From Felis catus (lineage: Eukaryota): 64,000 bases of DNA. Shown in pieces: positions 1 through 13,542 of the stretch (position 1 is the first letter of the stretch; every line of letters begins with the position of its first letter). The stretch spans positions 104,596,001 through 104,660,000 of the forward strand of contig NC_058373.1 of the NCBI RefSeq assembly GCF_018350175.1, given 5' to 3'. Made by a program: the position numbers and the translations under genes. Under the pieces are notes generated by a model that searched no databases, had not been told where the DNA came from, and saw only the letters and a program-made list of their open reading frames with translations.

Positions 1-780
1 TTTCTAGTTTGATTCCATTGTTGTCAGAAAAGATACTTGAAATTACGTCTGTCTTATTAAATTTGTTAATATTTCTATGTGAATTACTATGTTGTCTATG
101 CTAAAGAATGTCTCATATACACTTGAGAAGAATGTGTATTCATCTCCTGTTGGGTTCAAAGTTCTATAGATGTCTGTTTGGTCCCTTTATTCTATAGGGT
201 TGTTCAGGTCTGATGTTTCCTTTTTGATTTTCTGTGTGGATGATCTATCCATTATTAAAAGTGGGGTAATGAAGTCTCCAACTATTATTGTATTGCTATC
301 TATTTTTTCCTTTAGATCTTCCAATATTTGATGTATTTAGGTGTCTGATATTTGGTGTGTTATCTATTTATAATTCCTATGTCTCCCTGTTGAATTGACT
401 CTTTTATCATTATACAATGACTTTCATTGTCTCTAGAGACTGTTTTTTGTTTGGTTTTTGTTTTACTGAAAGTCTATTTTGTCTGATACAAGTATAGCCA
501 ACCCTGGTTTCTTCTGGTTATCATTTTTAGGGAATTTCTATTTCTATCCCTTCACTTTCAGCCTATGTGAGTCATTTATAGTGAGCCTGTGCCTTTTGAT
601 TGGGGAGTTTAACTCATTTACATTTAAAGTAATTATTGATAGGTGAGGACTTACTATTGCCACTTTATTAATTGCTTTTTGTTTTGCAGTTGTTTTGTTC
701 CTCTCTCCCTTTCTTGCTGCCTTCCTTTCTTATTTGATGATTTCTTGTAGTGATTTGTTTGGTTCTTTTCTCTTTATCTC
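1..780 (-). mobile_element. Old LINE-1 fragment (ORF2 endonuclease region), runs off the window start
   Basis: Antisense L1 ORF2 5' sequence, e.g. gatctatccattattaaaagtggggtaatgaagtctccaactattattgtattgct and tttaactcatttacatttaaagtaattattgat; heavily diverged. Confidence 0.85.
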
Positions 781-799
781 ACCTAATTATCACTTTATT

Positions 800-1330
800 T
801 TTTTCTATCCAATTATTAATTTAAAACATGCCTGCAAAAGTTCTGATTTTATCTAGAATTTAATAAAAATATATACTTAATATAATATATATAATGACAA
901 TGACCACAATAGACACAAAATTATTCATTAAAATTAGTTTCTCATTTGTAATAATTCTTTAAAATTCTTAGCCAACAAGGAACAAAAGGAACTTCCTTAA
1001 CTCCATAAGGGTATATATTGAAAACTAACAATTACTAGATTAATAGTGAAACTTTCAAAACATTTCAATTAAAGTCAGGAATTAAGGATGGTGTCTATTG
1101 CTCTTACCCTTTAACATTATACTGTTGATCCTATTTTATCCTAAGATAGGGAAAATTAATGAGAAGAATAAGGATTGTAAAGGAAGAAACAAAATGTCCT
1201 TAGTTGTGAGTGCCATAGAATATCCCAAAGAATTTACAAACAATTAAAATTAATGAGAATTCAGCAAAGTTTCTGGTTACAAGGTTAAAGTATAAAACTC
1301 AATACCATTCTGACACAATAAAAACTATAA
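800..1330 (+). mobile_element. Ancient LINE-1 (L1M-type) ORF2 RT-region fragment
   Basis: Degenerate sense L1 sequence: aaaggaacttccttaactccataaggg...ttaaagtcaggaattaaggatgg...aatgagaattcagcaaagtttctggttacaagg. Confidence 0.65.
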
Positions 1331-1354
1331 AGTAATTTCAAGGCCTTCTAAAAT

Positions 1355-1950
1355 TTTTTGTGCCCATTTGCTAAACCCCTCCTCTGACCTTTAGTTCCTG
1401 GAAACCACTGATTTGCTTTATGTCCCTATAAATTTATGTCTTTCTCAAAAGCCATAAAAATGAAATCATATAGTTTTAGCCTTCTGAATCTGGCTTCTTT
1501 CACTTAGCACAAAGTATTGGAAACTCATGCATGTTGTCACATGAGTTATTTCATTTATTTTTATTGCTATGTAGCATTTCACTGTATGATGTACTACTGT
1601 TTGTTTTTTCATTTACCAGTTAAAGGACATTGGGATATTTTCAGAGTTTTGCAATTCTGAATAAAGTTGCCATAAACATACACGCACAAGATTTTAAGTG
1701 AGCGTAAGTTTTCACATTTCTTGGGTAAATCTAAAGGTGAGATAGCTGCCAAACTATTTTCAAACTTGACTGCATCATTTTGTATTCTTATCAGAAACAT
1801 ATGAGAATTCCAGTTGTTCCACATCCTCATCAGCACTCGATAATATCAGTTGTATCTGTGTGTGTGTGTGTTTCTTATTTTAGATATCATAAATAGTGGT
1901 ATCTCAATGTCATTTTAATTCATATTTCCCTAATGGCTAATGATGTTGGT
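1355..1950 (-). mobile_element. Old LINE-1 3' end fragment
   Basis: Antisense L1 3' motifs tctggcttctttcacttagca, gagaattccagttgttccacatcctcatcagcact, catatttccctaatggctaatgatgttg; track ORF 1609..1836 begins MLMRMWNNWNSH, typical of the L1 ORF2 C-terminal region. Confidence 0.85.
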
Positions 1951-1989
1951 TTGTAGGGTTTTTTTGTTTGTTTGGTTTCTTTTAATGTC

Positions 1990-2880
1990 AGAATGATGGT
2001 GGCTTTATAGAATGAATTGGAATGTGTTCTTTCCTCCTCCATTTTCTGGAAAAGACTGTGTAGAATTGGTATTGTTTATTCCTTAAATAATTGGTAGATT
2101 TCACCAGTGAAGTCATCTGGGCCTAGAAAGTTTTTAACTATGAATTCAGTATCTTTAATATATATACATAAAATAATTCACATTTTCTATTCTTCTTCTG
2201 TGAGCTCTGATAGTTTATGTCTTTCCAGGAATTTGTCCATTTCATCTAATCAAATTTATAGGCATAAATCAATTTGTGATATTCACTTACTATTTGTTTA
2301 ATATCTCAAGGATCTATAGCAGTATCTCCTTTTCCATTCCTGATATTGATAATTTGTGTCTTCTATTTTCTTGGTCAGTCTGGCCAGAGGTTTATCAGTT
2401 TTACTGATGTTTCCAGAGAACCAATTTTTGGTTTCATTGATTTCCTCTACTGTTTTACTGTTTCCAGTTTCATTTCTTATTTTTATTATTGCCTTTTAAT
2501 ACTCACTTTGGGTTTAATTTGCTCTATCTAAGTTTCTTAAGGTAGAAATTTAGATCATCGACTTAAGACTTTTATTATTTTCTAACGTAAGTATTTAATA
2601 ATATAAATTCCCCCTCTAAGCATGGTTATAGATTCATACCACAAATTTTTACCTGTTCTGTTTTTATTTTCATTTACTTCAAAATTTTTAATTCCCCCCT
2701 GGCTTTCTCTTTGATTATTTACAAGTGTGTTAATTACAAATATTTAGGAATTTTTCAAATATATTTCTGTAATTAATTTCAAGTTTAATTCATTTATGTT
2801 CAAAGAATATACTTAGCAAGATTTCAATATTTTAAAAATTTGTTAAAGTTTATTTAATACCCGGAATATGGTCATTATAG
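1990..2880 (-). mobile_element. Old LINE-1 ORF2 fragment
   Basis: Antisense L1: ttggtagatttcaccagtgaagtcatctgggcctag, ttccaggaatttgtccatttcatcta, gagaaccaatttttggtttcattgatttc. Confidence 0.85.
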
Positions 2881-3108
2881 AATATTTAGAAAGTTCATAT
2901 CAGCAAAATGTTTTAAAAGTCCATTGCTCAGAGACACATAACACTTTGATATATATTTTATGATTTCTTTCATTATTCTCCCATATATACATACACAAAC
3001 ATATGTATGTATACATATATATGTAGATGTAGATAGATAGATATATAGACACATACATTTACAAATGCAGACTTGTGCCATACAGATACTTTGTAATCTA
3101 CTTTATCT

Positions 3109-3279
3109 TTTTTTTAATGTTTATTTATTTTGAGAGAGAGAGAATCCCAAGCACGCCCCACACTGTCAGGCTGTCAGCACAGAGCCTGATGCAGGGCTTA
3201 ATCTCATGAACCATGAGATCATGAGCTGAGCCAAAATCCAGAGTCAGTCACTTGACCAACTGAGCCACCCAGGCGCCCC
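3109..3279 (-). mobile_element. Can-SINE (SINEC)
   Basis: Ends in ...tgagccacccaggcgcccc; TSD tgtaatctactttatct at 3092-3108 and 3280-3296. Confidence 0.95.
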
Positions 3280-3311
3280 TGTAATCTACTTTATCTATGT
3301 AAAGCAGCCTA

Positions 3312-3555
3312 CATCAGTGGTTAAGATGTGAGCTCTTAAACCCACTGCTTGGTCCAAATCTGGGTTTCACCATTCACCTGCCATGTGACCTTTGGCAATG
3401 TTTTTAAATTCTCTGTGCCTCAGTTCTTCACATGTAAAATGGGGATGATAATAATAGAATTTACCTCATGGGAATTAAGAGACTTATTTGAATATAAACA
3501 AACTGCTTAGAAAACACCTGGCACCTTGTTAATGTTACATAAGTGCTTGCTATTT
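3312..3555 (+). mobile_element. MIR SINE
   Basis: MIR core: tgtgacctttggcaa...ctctgtgcctcagtt...tgtaaaatggggatgataata. Confidence 0.85.
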
Positions 3556-3708
3556 TCTGTTATTGCTTTCCCCTGCCATGGTTCCAGTGTAAGGATGTGC
3601 TACAGTTTATTTAGCTCATATGCTAGTAACAGGCATTTGGATGATTATTTCCTTCCTTAGAATGAATTCACAGAAGTGCAATTGTCATTTTGAAGAACCA
3701 GCATAGTT

Positions 3709-3930
3709 TTATTATTATTTATTGATTTACTTAAAAATTTTTTAATGTTTATTTAGTTTTGAGACAGAGTGTGAGTAGGGGAGGGGCAGAAAGAGAGGGA
3801 GACAGAATACAAAGCGAGCTCCAGGCTCCGAGCTGTCAGCACAGAGCCTGACTTGCGGCTCAAACTCACAAACCGTGAGATCATGACCTGAAGTCTGACA
3901 CTTAACTCAATGAGCCACCCAGGTGCCCCA
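3709..3930 (-). mobile_element. Can-SINE (SINEC_Fc2-like)
   Basis: Reverse-complement SINE head tgagccacccaggtgcccc, (GA)n tract and T-rich tail. Confidence 0.95.
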
Positions 3931-3965
3931 AGAATGGGCATATTTTTCAAAAATTTCTGATGCTT

Positions 3966-4135
3966 GGGGCACCCGAGTGGCTCAGTCAGTTAAGCATCTG
4001 ACTCATGATTTTGGCTCAGGTCATGATCTCATGGTTTGTGAGATGGAACCCTGCGATAGCGTGGAGCCTGCTTGGGATTCTCTTTCCCCACACCCCCCCC
4101 CCCTCACAAAATACATAAATAAACTTTTAAAACAT
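3966..4135 (+). mobile_element. Can-SINE
   Basis: Head ggggcacccgagtggctcagtcagttaagc; TSD aaatttctgatgctt / aactttccgatgctt. Confidence 0.95.
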
Positions 4136-4541
4136 TTCAAACTTTCCGATGCTTTTGCACAAGTCCCAGAGAAGGGTTTGTGGTTTGTTTTTTCAATTCA
4201 TTGAAAAACCATTATGTAACAAAGTATACAAATGGGTCAGAAACTATTTTCCAAAATCTTCCCAGGTAATTTTTTTTTTCAAGTTTTGAGTAGATAATAG
4301 TATTAGAAGACAACAGGTTAAGTTTCAAAGAGCTACTCAGATAAAGGATTTCATTCCAGGACCTCAGAGCAGGAACGTGTTACTTCCACAAATGAATCCC
4401 AGAAGGATGACAACAGACGCTGACCAAAAATAAAGAGATTGTGCTGCTCCACTGAACAGGTTTTAAAATTGTATTAATTAAAGCTGGAAAATCAATGAAC
4501 TGATTAAGGAAGATTGTCCTTCAGGCATTTATAGCTCTTTT

Positions 4542-4758
4542 TTAATTTTTTTTTCAACGTTTATTTATTTTTGGGACAGAGAGAGACAGAGCATGAACGG
4601 GGGAGGGGCAGAGAGAGAGGGAGACACAGAATCGGAAACAGGCTCCAGGCTCCGAGCCATCAGCCCAGAGCCTGACGCGGGGCTCGAACTCACGGGCCGT
4701 GAGATCGTGACCTGGGCTGAAGTCGGACGCTTAACCGACTGCGCCACCCAGGCACCCC
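4542..4758 (-). mobile_element. Young felid SINEC_Fc
   Basis: CpG-retaining near-consensus copy; perfect TSD catttatagctctttt. Confidence 0.97.
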
Positions 4759-6554
4759 CATTTATAGCTCTTTTAAGTAAGACATAAATCCATCTTCTGT
4801 GGATGTAGACCCACAGACCTTTTTTTTTTTTTAAGGAAAATGTTTGATGGCATTATAGACTGCCCAGAAATATAAATTTTTCTGCTTCCCTCTCTATTTT
4901 ATATACATAATGAATTGGAAAGTGCTCCCTTTTCTTCTGCAGATATATAAATATGTAAAAATAGGGAAGTTGTTTCTAGCCATGAACACTCAGCTTCCTG
5001 ATGAAAAAAATTCTATTGACTGAGCAAAAAAAAAATGATTTGAAGAGAATTTCTTTTTTGTTTTAGCACTGAAATCCTAAATGGCAGTGTTTGGGGGAGG
5101 TACAAAATGTGGCAGGAAGAGGTCTTTAATAGAATTTTATCTAAACCTTCTCCCACACTGGACCCCATTTCCCAATGTGAATAGCAAATGTTTGAGAAAA
5201 TTCTGGTCAGCAAGTAAATACAACCAAACCCAAATCTAGCTCTTAATGTCAGCTAGAAAAGTGTGGCTCATGGAACCCAGAGCAGACATTCTCACATATT
5301 AAAACCAAACCTTAAAGGTAAACAGCTTGAGCCCTTATTCTTACAAATCAAGACTTGCCATAGGATAAATTTCACCATACTGAGAAAGGGATCACTCCAG
5401 GGAAGCCATCTTACATCAAGAAAACTGTAGTAGAACAAAAAGGCAGCCCTATTTGGGAGAAAGAATTAAAGAAATTCTATTTACTTACAGTAAGCAAACC
5501 AACTGACGGGGAACAAGGTGATCTGCTTTAAGGACAAGTAGACCCCGAGCACCAGAAAAATGAGGTTCACCAAGTTTTATTCACTAACAAAGCTCTCTTT
5601 AAAAAGAATTACAGATTCCCCGAAAATACAATCTATACCCAAAGTTTAACTTTTCTTTGAGTCCAGATTCTGTGGGATTTTTATAAAAGGTAAAGTTTCA
5701 ATCGCCCAGAATAATTTACTGTATCTTCGATATTTCGAGAATGTGAAGAATACCAAATGCGCAACAGCCACCAAGAGACACAAAACTGTGTTCATGGGAT
5801 TAATTAGAAGGTGGTCTGCCTGCAAAACAGGATGATTAAAATACAACTGGTATCAAACTTGAGCTTGTTCCATTCGCTTTACTTCCCTCTACTTTAAATA
5901 ATATTCTATTCACAGTTATGACTGGATATGTCCTCCCACCTGACAGGTCTTCATGTGAAAAATTCATATTACTTTTGGCATCTTTAATTTAGTTGAATAA
6001 AAGATCTCATTCTACAAGTTAGTAATGACAGTTTATCAAAATGTTTGCTCCGTGCCTCTTTCATCACCGTGTGCATTAACAGAAACAGTAAAATCTGTAA
6101 TATCAACACTTCATCCAGCTTAGACATCTTATGACTAAAAGAGATTTCAAAACTCATTTGTTCTAGACCAGCAAAATACAGCACCAGAAGAACGCTCTCT
6201 TTTCAAAATGCTTTTCTGTTGTTAATCACTTTATCTGCACAACGTTCCATGAGCCGGTTCAGTCTAATCCCCATTTTATGGATGAGTACATGGGCACATG
6301 AGACAACGGTAATCTGCTGTGGGCTATAAAATGAAGGCAGTGGACAGTGACCACAGCTGATGAGGCCGGTGATTTTCTGAGCTCCAGTCCTATCTTTTCT
6401 GTAGATTGTTAGGATACATTGTCTTCATTTTTTTGAAAAAAAAAAAAAAATACATTCACACATCCACGCAATTCTCTCTCTCAAGCTACAGTTTATATTG
6501 ACCTTGCACACACAGATCTAAAATGAACCGCCAGATGTTCTGTTGAGGCAGATG

Positions 6555-6760
6555 GCACAGCAGAGTAAAAGGAAACTAGAACTCTGGAATGAAGGAGACC
6601 AGTTCTAACCTTGGTTTCGCCATCAACTTGCTACACAACCCTCTCTGAGTGCCACTTTCCTCACCTGTAAAATGGAGCTGACAGCATCGTCTTCGCAGGG
6701 GAGTAATGAGATAACAGCAAATGCAAGCATAGCAATTGGCACATAGGAGATACTTGACTC
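6555..6760 (+). mobile_element. MIR SINE
   Basis: ctctctgagtgccactttcctcacctgtaaaatgg MIR core. Confidence 0.75.
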
Positions 6761-7574
6761 TTTGCTCTCTTTCTCCTTCCCTTTCTCATTAGAAAATACG
6801 GTAGGCGGCAACGTAAGTTAAATCAGTGTCCTTTACTACTTACCCTGAACAAGTGATAATTTGCAAGTTGGCGAGTGCAAACAGTAAATAGCACAGGCAA
6901 GAAGACTAAGTCAGCTGAGAGCGAGCCTCAGATAAACTGCTCACAAGTGGCCAGGCAGGTGTGAGTAATCCCCTTGTCCCTCTCATTACCTACTCTAGTC
7001 CAAAATGCTAATGGCGGTGGCAGTTGCCAAGAGGTGGGCAGTGGGAGAGGCTAGCCATCATGGACAAGGTGAATCCAATGCCAGACAATTACTCTCCATA
7101 CAATTAGGGGTTGTATCAGTGCACAATGTCCAACGTCTTCCTTAAACACTTCTCTGTCCCATGGATGTTAAGCTTACATTGGTGAGCTACTCTCGTATTC
7201 CTTTTTACTTAGAAGCATTAGAATAAAAATTACTCGGGAAATTCTTTGCCATCTATTTGAAAGAGAATAGCTCTAAGAAGCTGGAAATATCAAGATACTT
7301 TTCAAATCACTTTCATACTCTTTCAATACTCTTCTTTTTTTTAACAAATGCCTCAAAGGGCTCATTTCTTTCTTCAAAAGGACAATCTGTGTCTTGTTCT
7401 CTAGAAAATGGACTAGAGGTATGATGCAGTGACCCACGGACTCCCACAGATTCTTGGGGTTCCCTGCTGGAACCTTCCACTGCTGCCATCCAAGGTCTAA
7501 ACTATAGGACCCTGATCCTGAAGTATCTCTCCTCATCTTTTCTCCAGCACATAGGACTTAGAAAGCAGCATTGA

Positions 7575-7776
7575 GGGGCACCTGGCTGGCTCGACTGGTT
7601 AAGAATCAAACTCTTGATTTGGGTTCAGGTTGTGATCTCATGGTTTTTGAGTTCGAGGTCCGCATGGGGCTCTGCTGATGACAATGTGGAGCCTGTTTGG
7701 GATTCACTCTCTCTCCCTCTCTCTGTCCCTCTCATGCTCTCTCTCTCTTTCTCCAAATAAATAAACTTAAAAAAAA
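7575..7776 (+). mobile_element. Can-SINE (older)
   Basis: Head ggggcacctggctggctcgactggttaag, (CT)n tract, aaataaataaacttaaaaaaa tail. Confidence 0.95.
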
Positions 7777-9127
7777 GGATGCAGATTTCAAAACTATTTT
7801 TTTATGTGAAGAAACGTAGGGATCCAAAATTTCATTGCATGACCTTGAACAAGTGTTCTAACTTCTCAGAACCACACAGACAGAGACTGGTAGCAAGTTT
7901 GGTATCTCAATCAGCACTCTATGGTTTCCTATGTGGAAAGACAGTCTTTGTCTTTGTGTATGGAAACCTCTGACCTGGGAGCTGGAAGGCCTGGTTCTAG
8001 TCCTACTTCTGATAACATTTATGTGGGACCTTGACTTCTATGGCTTCAGGGTCTCCCATTTATACGATAAGAGTCAATGGCAAGATCAGTGATTCTGATG
8101 AAATGTGGGGACCGTCACCCCAGAAAAATGATCAAAGTCACAATGAGTGGCAAAAAATACCAGGAGGTACCCCGGCCCATGGGGCTGGATGGGCCTCCCT
8201 CCATGAGGACTCTATGGCTACTGTCCTCATGTATCCTGACAAGATATAATATGATTTGCCCTCCCCTCCTCCAGACAAGAAAGGGTGTCTCCTCACTCAC
8301 TGGCTCTTGTTGCTCTAATTGCAGGAGAGAGGAAGAATGGATGAAGGAGAAAGAAGCATGAGAAGGCCAAGGTGAGATGTAATGACCAGATCAGGAGCTC
8401 AGCATCCTCCCCTTACACATAAACATTGGTCTTTGTGGAAGGAAAGGGCTCACTCTGTGGCTTTGTGTGCCCCTAGGTAGGATGTCAGCCAAAAAGGTCC
8501 TTTATTATCGATGCTGTATGCCTGAGAGAGAGCCTGCCCTGAAGTCACTCCCTACCTAGGAATACTCCAGCAGAAGCTCCTCTGCATACAAATCGCTCAG
8601 CAGGGCCTCTTGCAGCAGAGTGGATGTGAGAAGCGCTCCTGGGCCAGCCCACACCTCCTCCAAGTAAGGGTGGGCAGCAGCGGCCTCCGCAGCAACAACT
8701 GAAGGTCCTAGCAGTACCTCAGCAGCAACGGAATAAGAAAAAACAAGATACAGTTCTGCACTGCCTACTATACTAACTAGGCAATATAATAGCTAGCTCA
8801 TAAAAACTAGTGCTGAGAATTCAATGAACTGACATACATAAAGGGCTTTGAACAGTGCCAGGCACTAAGATAGGAAGGATAAATATTAGCCATTAGTACC
8901 AAAAATTAATTTACAAAGAAAAAAAAACCCTACTGGAATTCAACCCAACTGTGCACATGGAGTACATATGGGCTAAATTTTTTTTTTCTTTTACTCAATC
9001 ATTGCATAAAAAGACTAGGGACTAGAAGATATGCTAAGTCCTTAATTCATCAATTTAGCACAAAAAGAAGTACTGACTGTAATGCATATACAGCTATTAT
9101 AAAATCCAGCATCAGTTATATACCACC

Positions 9128-9536
9128 TGTGCTATTTCTGTTTGACCCCACCCCCATCCATTCTCTACTTTTCTCCGCTCTACTGAGGGTCCAAGAAACC
9201 TGACCTCTATCATGTGGGATCCCTCCCCTCACTGAATGTTGACTGGTCTGGACAATGAGAGGCTCCAGAAAGAAATGGGAGCAGCGATGCTCCTCCTCAG
9301 CTACCGCTCTTGCTCAGTGGGTCACCCCCATGGCCCCAGCTCTCTCAGGGTTTGGGTAACACTGCCCCCACCTTTTACCCCTTCAAGCCAAAAGACTGGA
9401 CCCTGGATTATTTTGCCATCCCTTGCTAGTCCCCATAACACTGTCCAACACCTCTGAAAATAGTCTATCACACTTAACTTTAATTAAATCTTTTTGGCTG
9501 TGGCATCTGTCTCCCTCCGCCATACTAACTAAAACA
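9128..9536 (+). mobile_element. ERVL solo LTR, LTR33-like
   Basis: Starts tgtgc; 3' end aatagtc...ggctgtggcatctgtctccctcc...ctaactaaaaca resembles the recalled LTR33 terminus. Confidence 0.55.
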
Positions 9537-10129
9537 CTGTCGTATGTTCTTATCTAGATATTTCCTTGAAGTCAGTCGTTTCTCCCAAACTAGAAGTTAA
9601 CAGGGTTGCTTTCTCTTCCCCATGCATCATTTCTTCTACCTCCCTCCCCATCTCCCACCTCAAACACCAAGAGCAATGTGCTGGGGCCAGAAAAATATGG
9701 CGGACATGCTAGTCCTCCATTCAATTCCATGACCCCCACCCCCCAAAAAGTACCTTTAGCTAAAGACATCATCTCTAAAACTTGACGTGCCTGTGCTTCA
9801 CAACTGAGCTATTCTAGATAGATCAGATCAAGTGTTTTCAACTACAAAGTCATCCGTAATACAGCACTGAATCTACTGTGAGCTCTGCCATAATAATTGG
9901 TTACTGATAAAAACTATATGTTAATGTTATAGATCTTATGTCTATGGTTATCTAAATAAAAAATTAAGGGAAGATTCAATATTTGTCAAAAATATCACTG
10001 TCCTCCTTAAATTTTGTCTTTAAAATGAGAGGGAAAATAATGTTATTACCAACAGGGCAATGGGAAATTTATCGGCAATCGCTAAGAATCTTATTTCAAA
10101 AGCTGAAAGTATTCATGAGTGTCATTTCT

Positions 10130-10990
10130 TTTTTTCATTTACTACACGTTTGTTGAAGTCTGCCATGTGGCAGGCCCTATGCCAAGCACAGAGGGTACAG
10201 CAGTGAACAAGATAGAAATGGTCTCTGCCTTCAAGCATTTTACAGTGTGATGGTAAGGACAATTTTGACTAAGTTTATGAGTATGATGAGTGTAGTGAAG
10301 AGATTCAGATGCTATTTGAGAATATGACAGGGGACCTAACTTACCCCAGGTGGTCAAGGAAGGTTTCTCTGAGGAAGCAAAGCTTAAGCTGAGCCTTGGA
10401 AAACTGGCATTGGCTAGGTAAGTGGAGATGAGAGATGGAACAGAATGTGTAAAGACCAAGAGATGGAAAAAAAGATCACGTGCTCATAGAACTGAAATAG
10501 GCCAGCATGGTTATAGTAGAATGAGTACGGAAGTAGAAGTAGAAGTAGGCTAGATAATGCAGGATCTGTAACCAAATTAAGAATGTGGATTTTATTTTAA
10601 TGCCTATGGGAAGCTATTGAAGGGCTTTAAGAAGGAGAGTCACTACCAGATTCTGAAAAGATCTATCTGGACCAATGAAGACAGAGACAGGTGTAGGGAG
10701 ACTGGTTTGGAGGCTGGTGCCTTTAGTCCAAGCCAAGGATGACATTTGTTTGAAGTAAGAAAGCGGTGATGACAGACAGAAGTAATCGGATTCAAAGGTA
10801 TTGAGAAAAAGAATTGTGAGACTTGGAAGCTGGTGGGATGTGGAGAATGAAGGAGAAGGCAGAGTTCTGAAAACTCCCAGTTGTCAGGCTTAGGTAGTGG
10901 ATGGATGGTGATGCCACTTCCTGAGATGGGGGAGTGCAAACTAAAGACAGGCCTGGGGACATGAGAGCATCTCCTATTGGATAAGATGAA
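10130..10990 (-). mobile_element. LINE-2 3' fragment
   Basis: Antisense L2 3' end: ttcattt...gccaagcacagagggtacagcagtgaacaagatagaaatggtctctgccttcaag, ggtggtcaaggaaggtttctctgaggaag. Confidence 0.85.
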
Positions 10991-12441
10991 GTAAAGTTGG
11001 TTAAGAAGTACTGAGTTAAACTAAGGGTTAAATCGTATGAAATTGTCAATATTAGACTGGTTTTGATGTATAAAAATGGAAATTTAATTTGGTCCAACTT
11101 AATAGAGGCAGTACTGGTACAACAGCCTCTCTTCTGGAATTAACACATTAAGGAACCACCGTTTGATTATGGCGTACTAAGAGCCTTTCTTCAAGACCAA
11201 GTCAAGAATGTCTATCATCATAATCAAGAAGAAGTCATAGAAAGGGGGCACAGAGGTGCATGCACCCACGTACACCAGGAGGCCTAAATCAAGGTGTGAA
11301 AAGGTGCAGATTCATCAAAGCCAAGGGAAGAAAATTAAGCTGTATGCTGTACTACTATAAGATCAAATAAATCCAATGTACCCCAGAGCTATTCTAGGAC
11401 TATTGGAAAACACTTATCCAATTAACTCACAGCCTGCAGAGAAGTCAGAGTTTAAACACTGGTTCACACTTATTCACCATAATACCAGGGAAAGCAGGCC
11501 AGAAAAGTACTATGTTTGTTTCTAAATTTAAACAGGAATCCAGGTTTCTCACTCTGGAATTCATTTAGAGAAACAGGTAACAGCACAACATATGGAGGTT
11601 CCATCCTAGATCTTGGATCACTGTCAATCGTCTCTACTGCATCTTGGAAGGCTGCAGCTCTTCTTTCCTGTGTTGAGTGCAAGAGTCCCATAGAGCACAA
11701 TAAGGGGTATTAACCAGGGTCTACCACTTCTCCTTGAACTTTCTAAGAGGATTCTGCCACCTTCTTGTGCTGTGTCCTTTGCCATTGAATCCCAAGGTTC
11801 TGTGCCTATTTATCTTGAAGCAAAATCACCACTGTAACAACAGGGCAGCATCAGTTGTGTATGCAATATGAGATTGCTTGCACTGAGCACAGCTCCATCC
11901 TGAAGGTCACTTCAAATTAGGGATTCGCTTCCCTTTGCTTCCGTTTGGTGTTAGTATATTACTCATCGTTAAATAAGGACCAGAGAACTAAGCTGCTAAA
12001 GGTAAAATTGCACATTTAAAAGACTCAAAACCTTAATATATTAGCTGCTAGCTCAAGTTAATATTAGCCTAGAGTTTTTCAAAGTATTGATATTAACAAG
12101 TTGATTTCTTACACATGGTATTTTCTGTGTGATGTCTCATGACCAGGCTTGTAATGGTACCTGGCTGTTTTCCTCATTCCCCCCAACCCTGGGGGGAAAG
12201 GAGGAGAGGAAGATGTATACCCCATATTTAATTATCTTCTTTGCTTATTTTATTTCTGAACTGCTTTAACAAATAGATGTATTTTTAAGTAGAAAAGACT
12301 ATTTTTAATTTCTATGACATGTATTCGTTTCTTAAGAACACAATTGCATATTTCTATTTCAGAATTTTAAACGAGCTTCCACATGCCTATCAAAAGAGAA
12401 GATGTCATTATAATCTACTTATCGGGTGATTTAAAAACTCT

Positions 12442-12670
12442 GGGGCGCCTGGGTGGCACAGTCGGTTAAGCGTCCGACTTCAGCCAGGTCACGATCTCGC
12501 GGTCCGTGAGTTCGAGCCCCGCGTCAGGCTCTGGGCTGATGGCTCGGAGCCTGGAGCCTGTTTCCGATTCTGTGTCTCCCTCTCTCTCTGCCCCTCCCCC
12601 GTTCATGCTCTGTCTCTCTCTGTCCCAAAAATAAATAAACGTTGAAAAAAAAATTAAAAAAAATAAAAAT
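12442..12670 (+). mobile_element. Young felid SINEC_Fc
   Basis: ggggcgcctgggtggcacagtcggttaagcgtccgacttcagccaggtcacgatctcgcgg; TSD aaaaactct. Confidence 0.97.
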
Positions 12671-12799
12671 AAAAAACTCTATAGACATGCTTGTGGCTAG
12701 TTGGTTGTATCTGGTTAGAGCAGTGATTCTCCACCTTTGGGGATCTTCAGTATCTTCTTGTTTTGTGTTTGATTTCATATTTTCTACCACCTCCACATA

Positions 12800-13512
12800 G
12801 ACACACCTTCATATAAGTTATCTAAGCCAGAACCCCCAAAATATCCTGAATTCCTTTTTTTCCTTCATCTAATCCTCTTCCCAGATTCAATCAAGTCACC
12901 AAATTCTGTTCGTTCTCCCTGGAAAGCATCTTTCTAACATCTCTGCTCTGACAACCCCCAGAGCTCCCCACTCTTTTCCCTGCTTTTAATTATTTTCCCC
13001 CACTCAAGCCATCCACAGCATATACAGCGTGAACTTGCTAAACACACAGATCTGGTCACTTCCTTCCCATTACAACCCTTCAATGGCTCTCCCTTGCTTA
13101 TAGAATAAAGTTCGATGTCCTTAGCATGACACACAAGACCATCTATCTCATGGCTCTTTCCTCCCTTTCCAGCCTCATTCCCCTTTCCCTATCCTATACC
13201 CCACTCTGGGCACCAGCCATGACCAATTACTTGAAAGTTCTTGAATATGCATTATGCTGGTTCACACATTTACACCATTATACATTTATTCTCTTTACAT
13301 AGGAATCTCCCCTGCCAAATTAAGATTTCCCTCTTTTGTGCCAGCACCAAACTGGGTAGATCTCTCTATTTTTGCATTTATCACACTATACAATAATTCT
13401 GTTTCTGTGGCTGCCTTCCTTTGTAGAACACAAGAAGGTCAAGGAGTTTTCCTATTCATTCTACCTAGCATGGTGTCTGACCTGTGGTATGCGATCAACA
13501 AATGGAGGGATG
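12800..13512 (+). mobile_element. LINE-2 3' fragment
   Basis: aacccttcaatggctctcccttgcttatagaataaag; ends cctagcatggtgtctgacctgtggtatgcgatcaacaaatg. Confidence 0.8.
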
Positions 13513-13542
13513 AGATATTATGTGGCATCTCCTTAATTTCTT

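Noticed and set aside
12442..12530. tRNA-like A/B box sequences at SINE heads
   Set aside because: They are the tRNA-derived heads of Can-SINEs followed by the SINE body; not tRNA genes.
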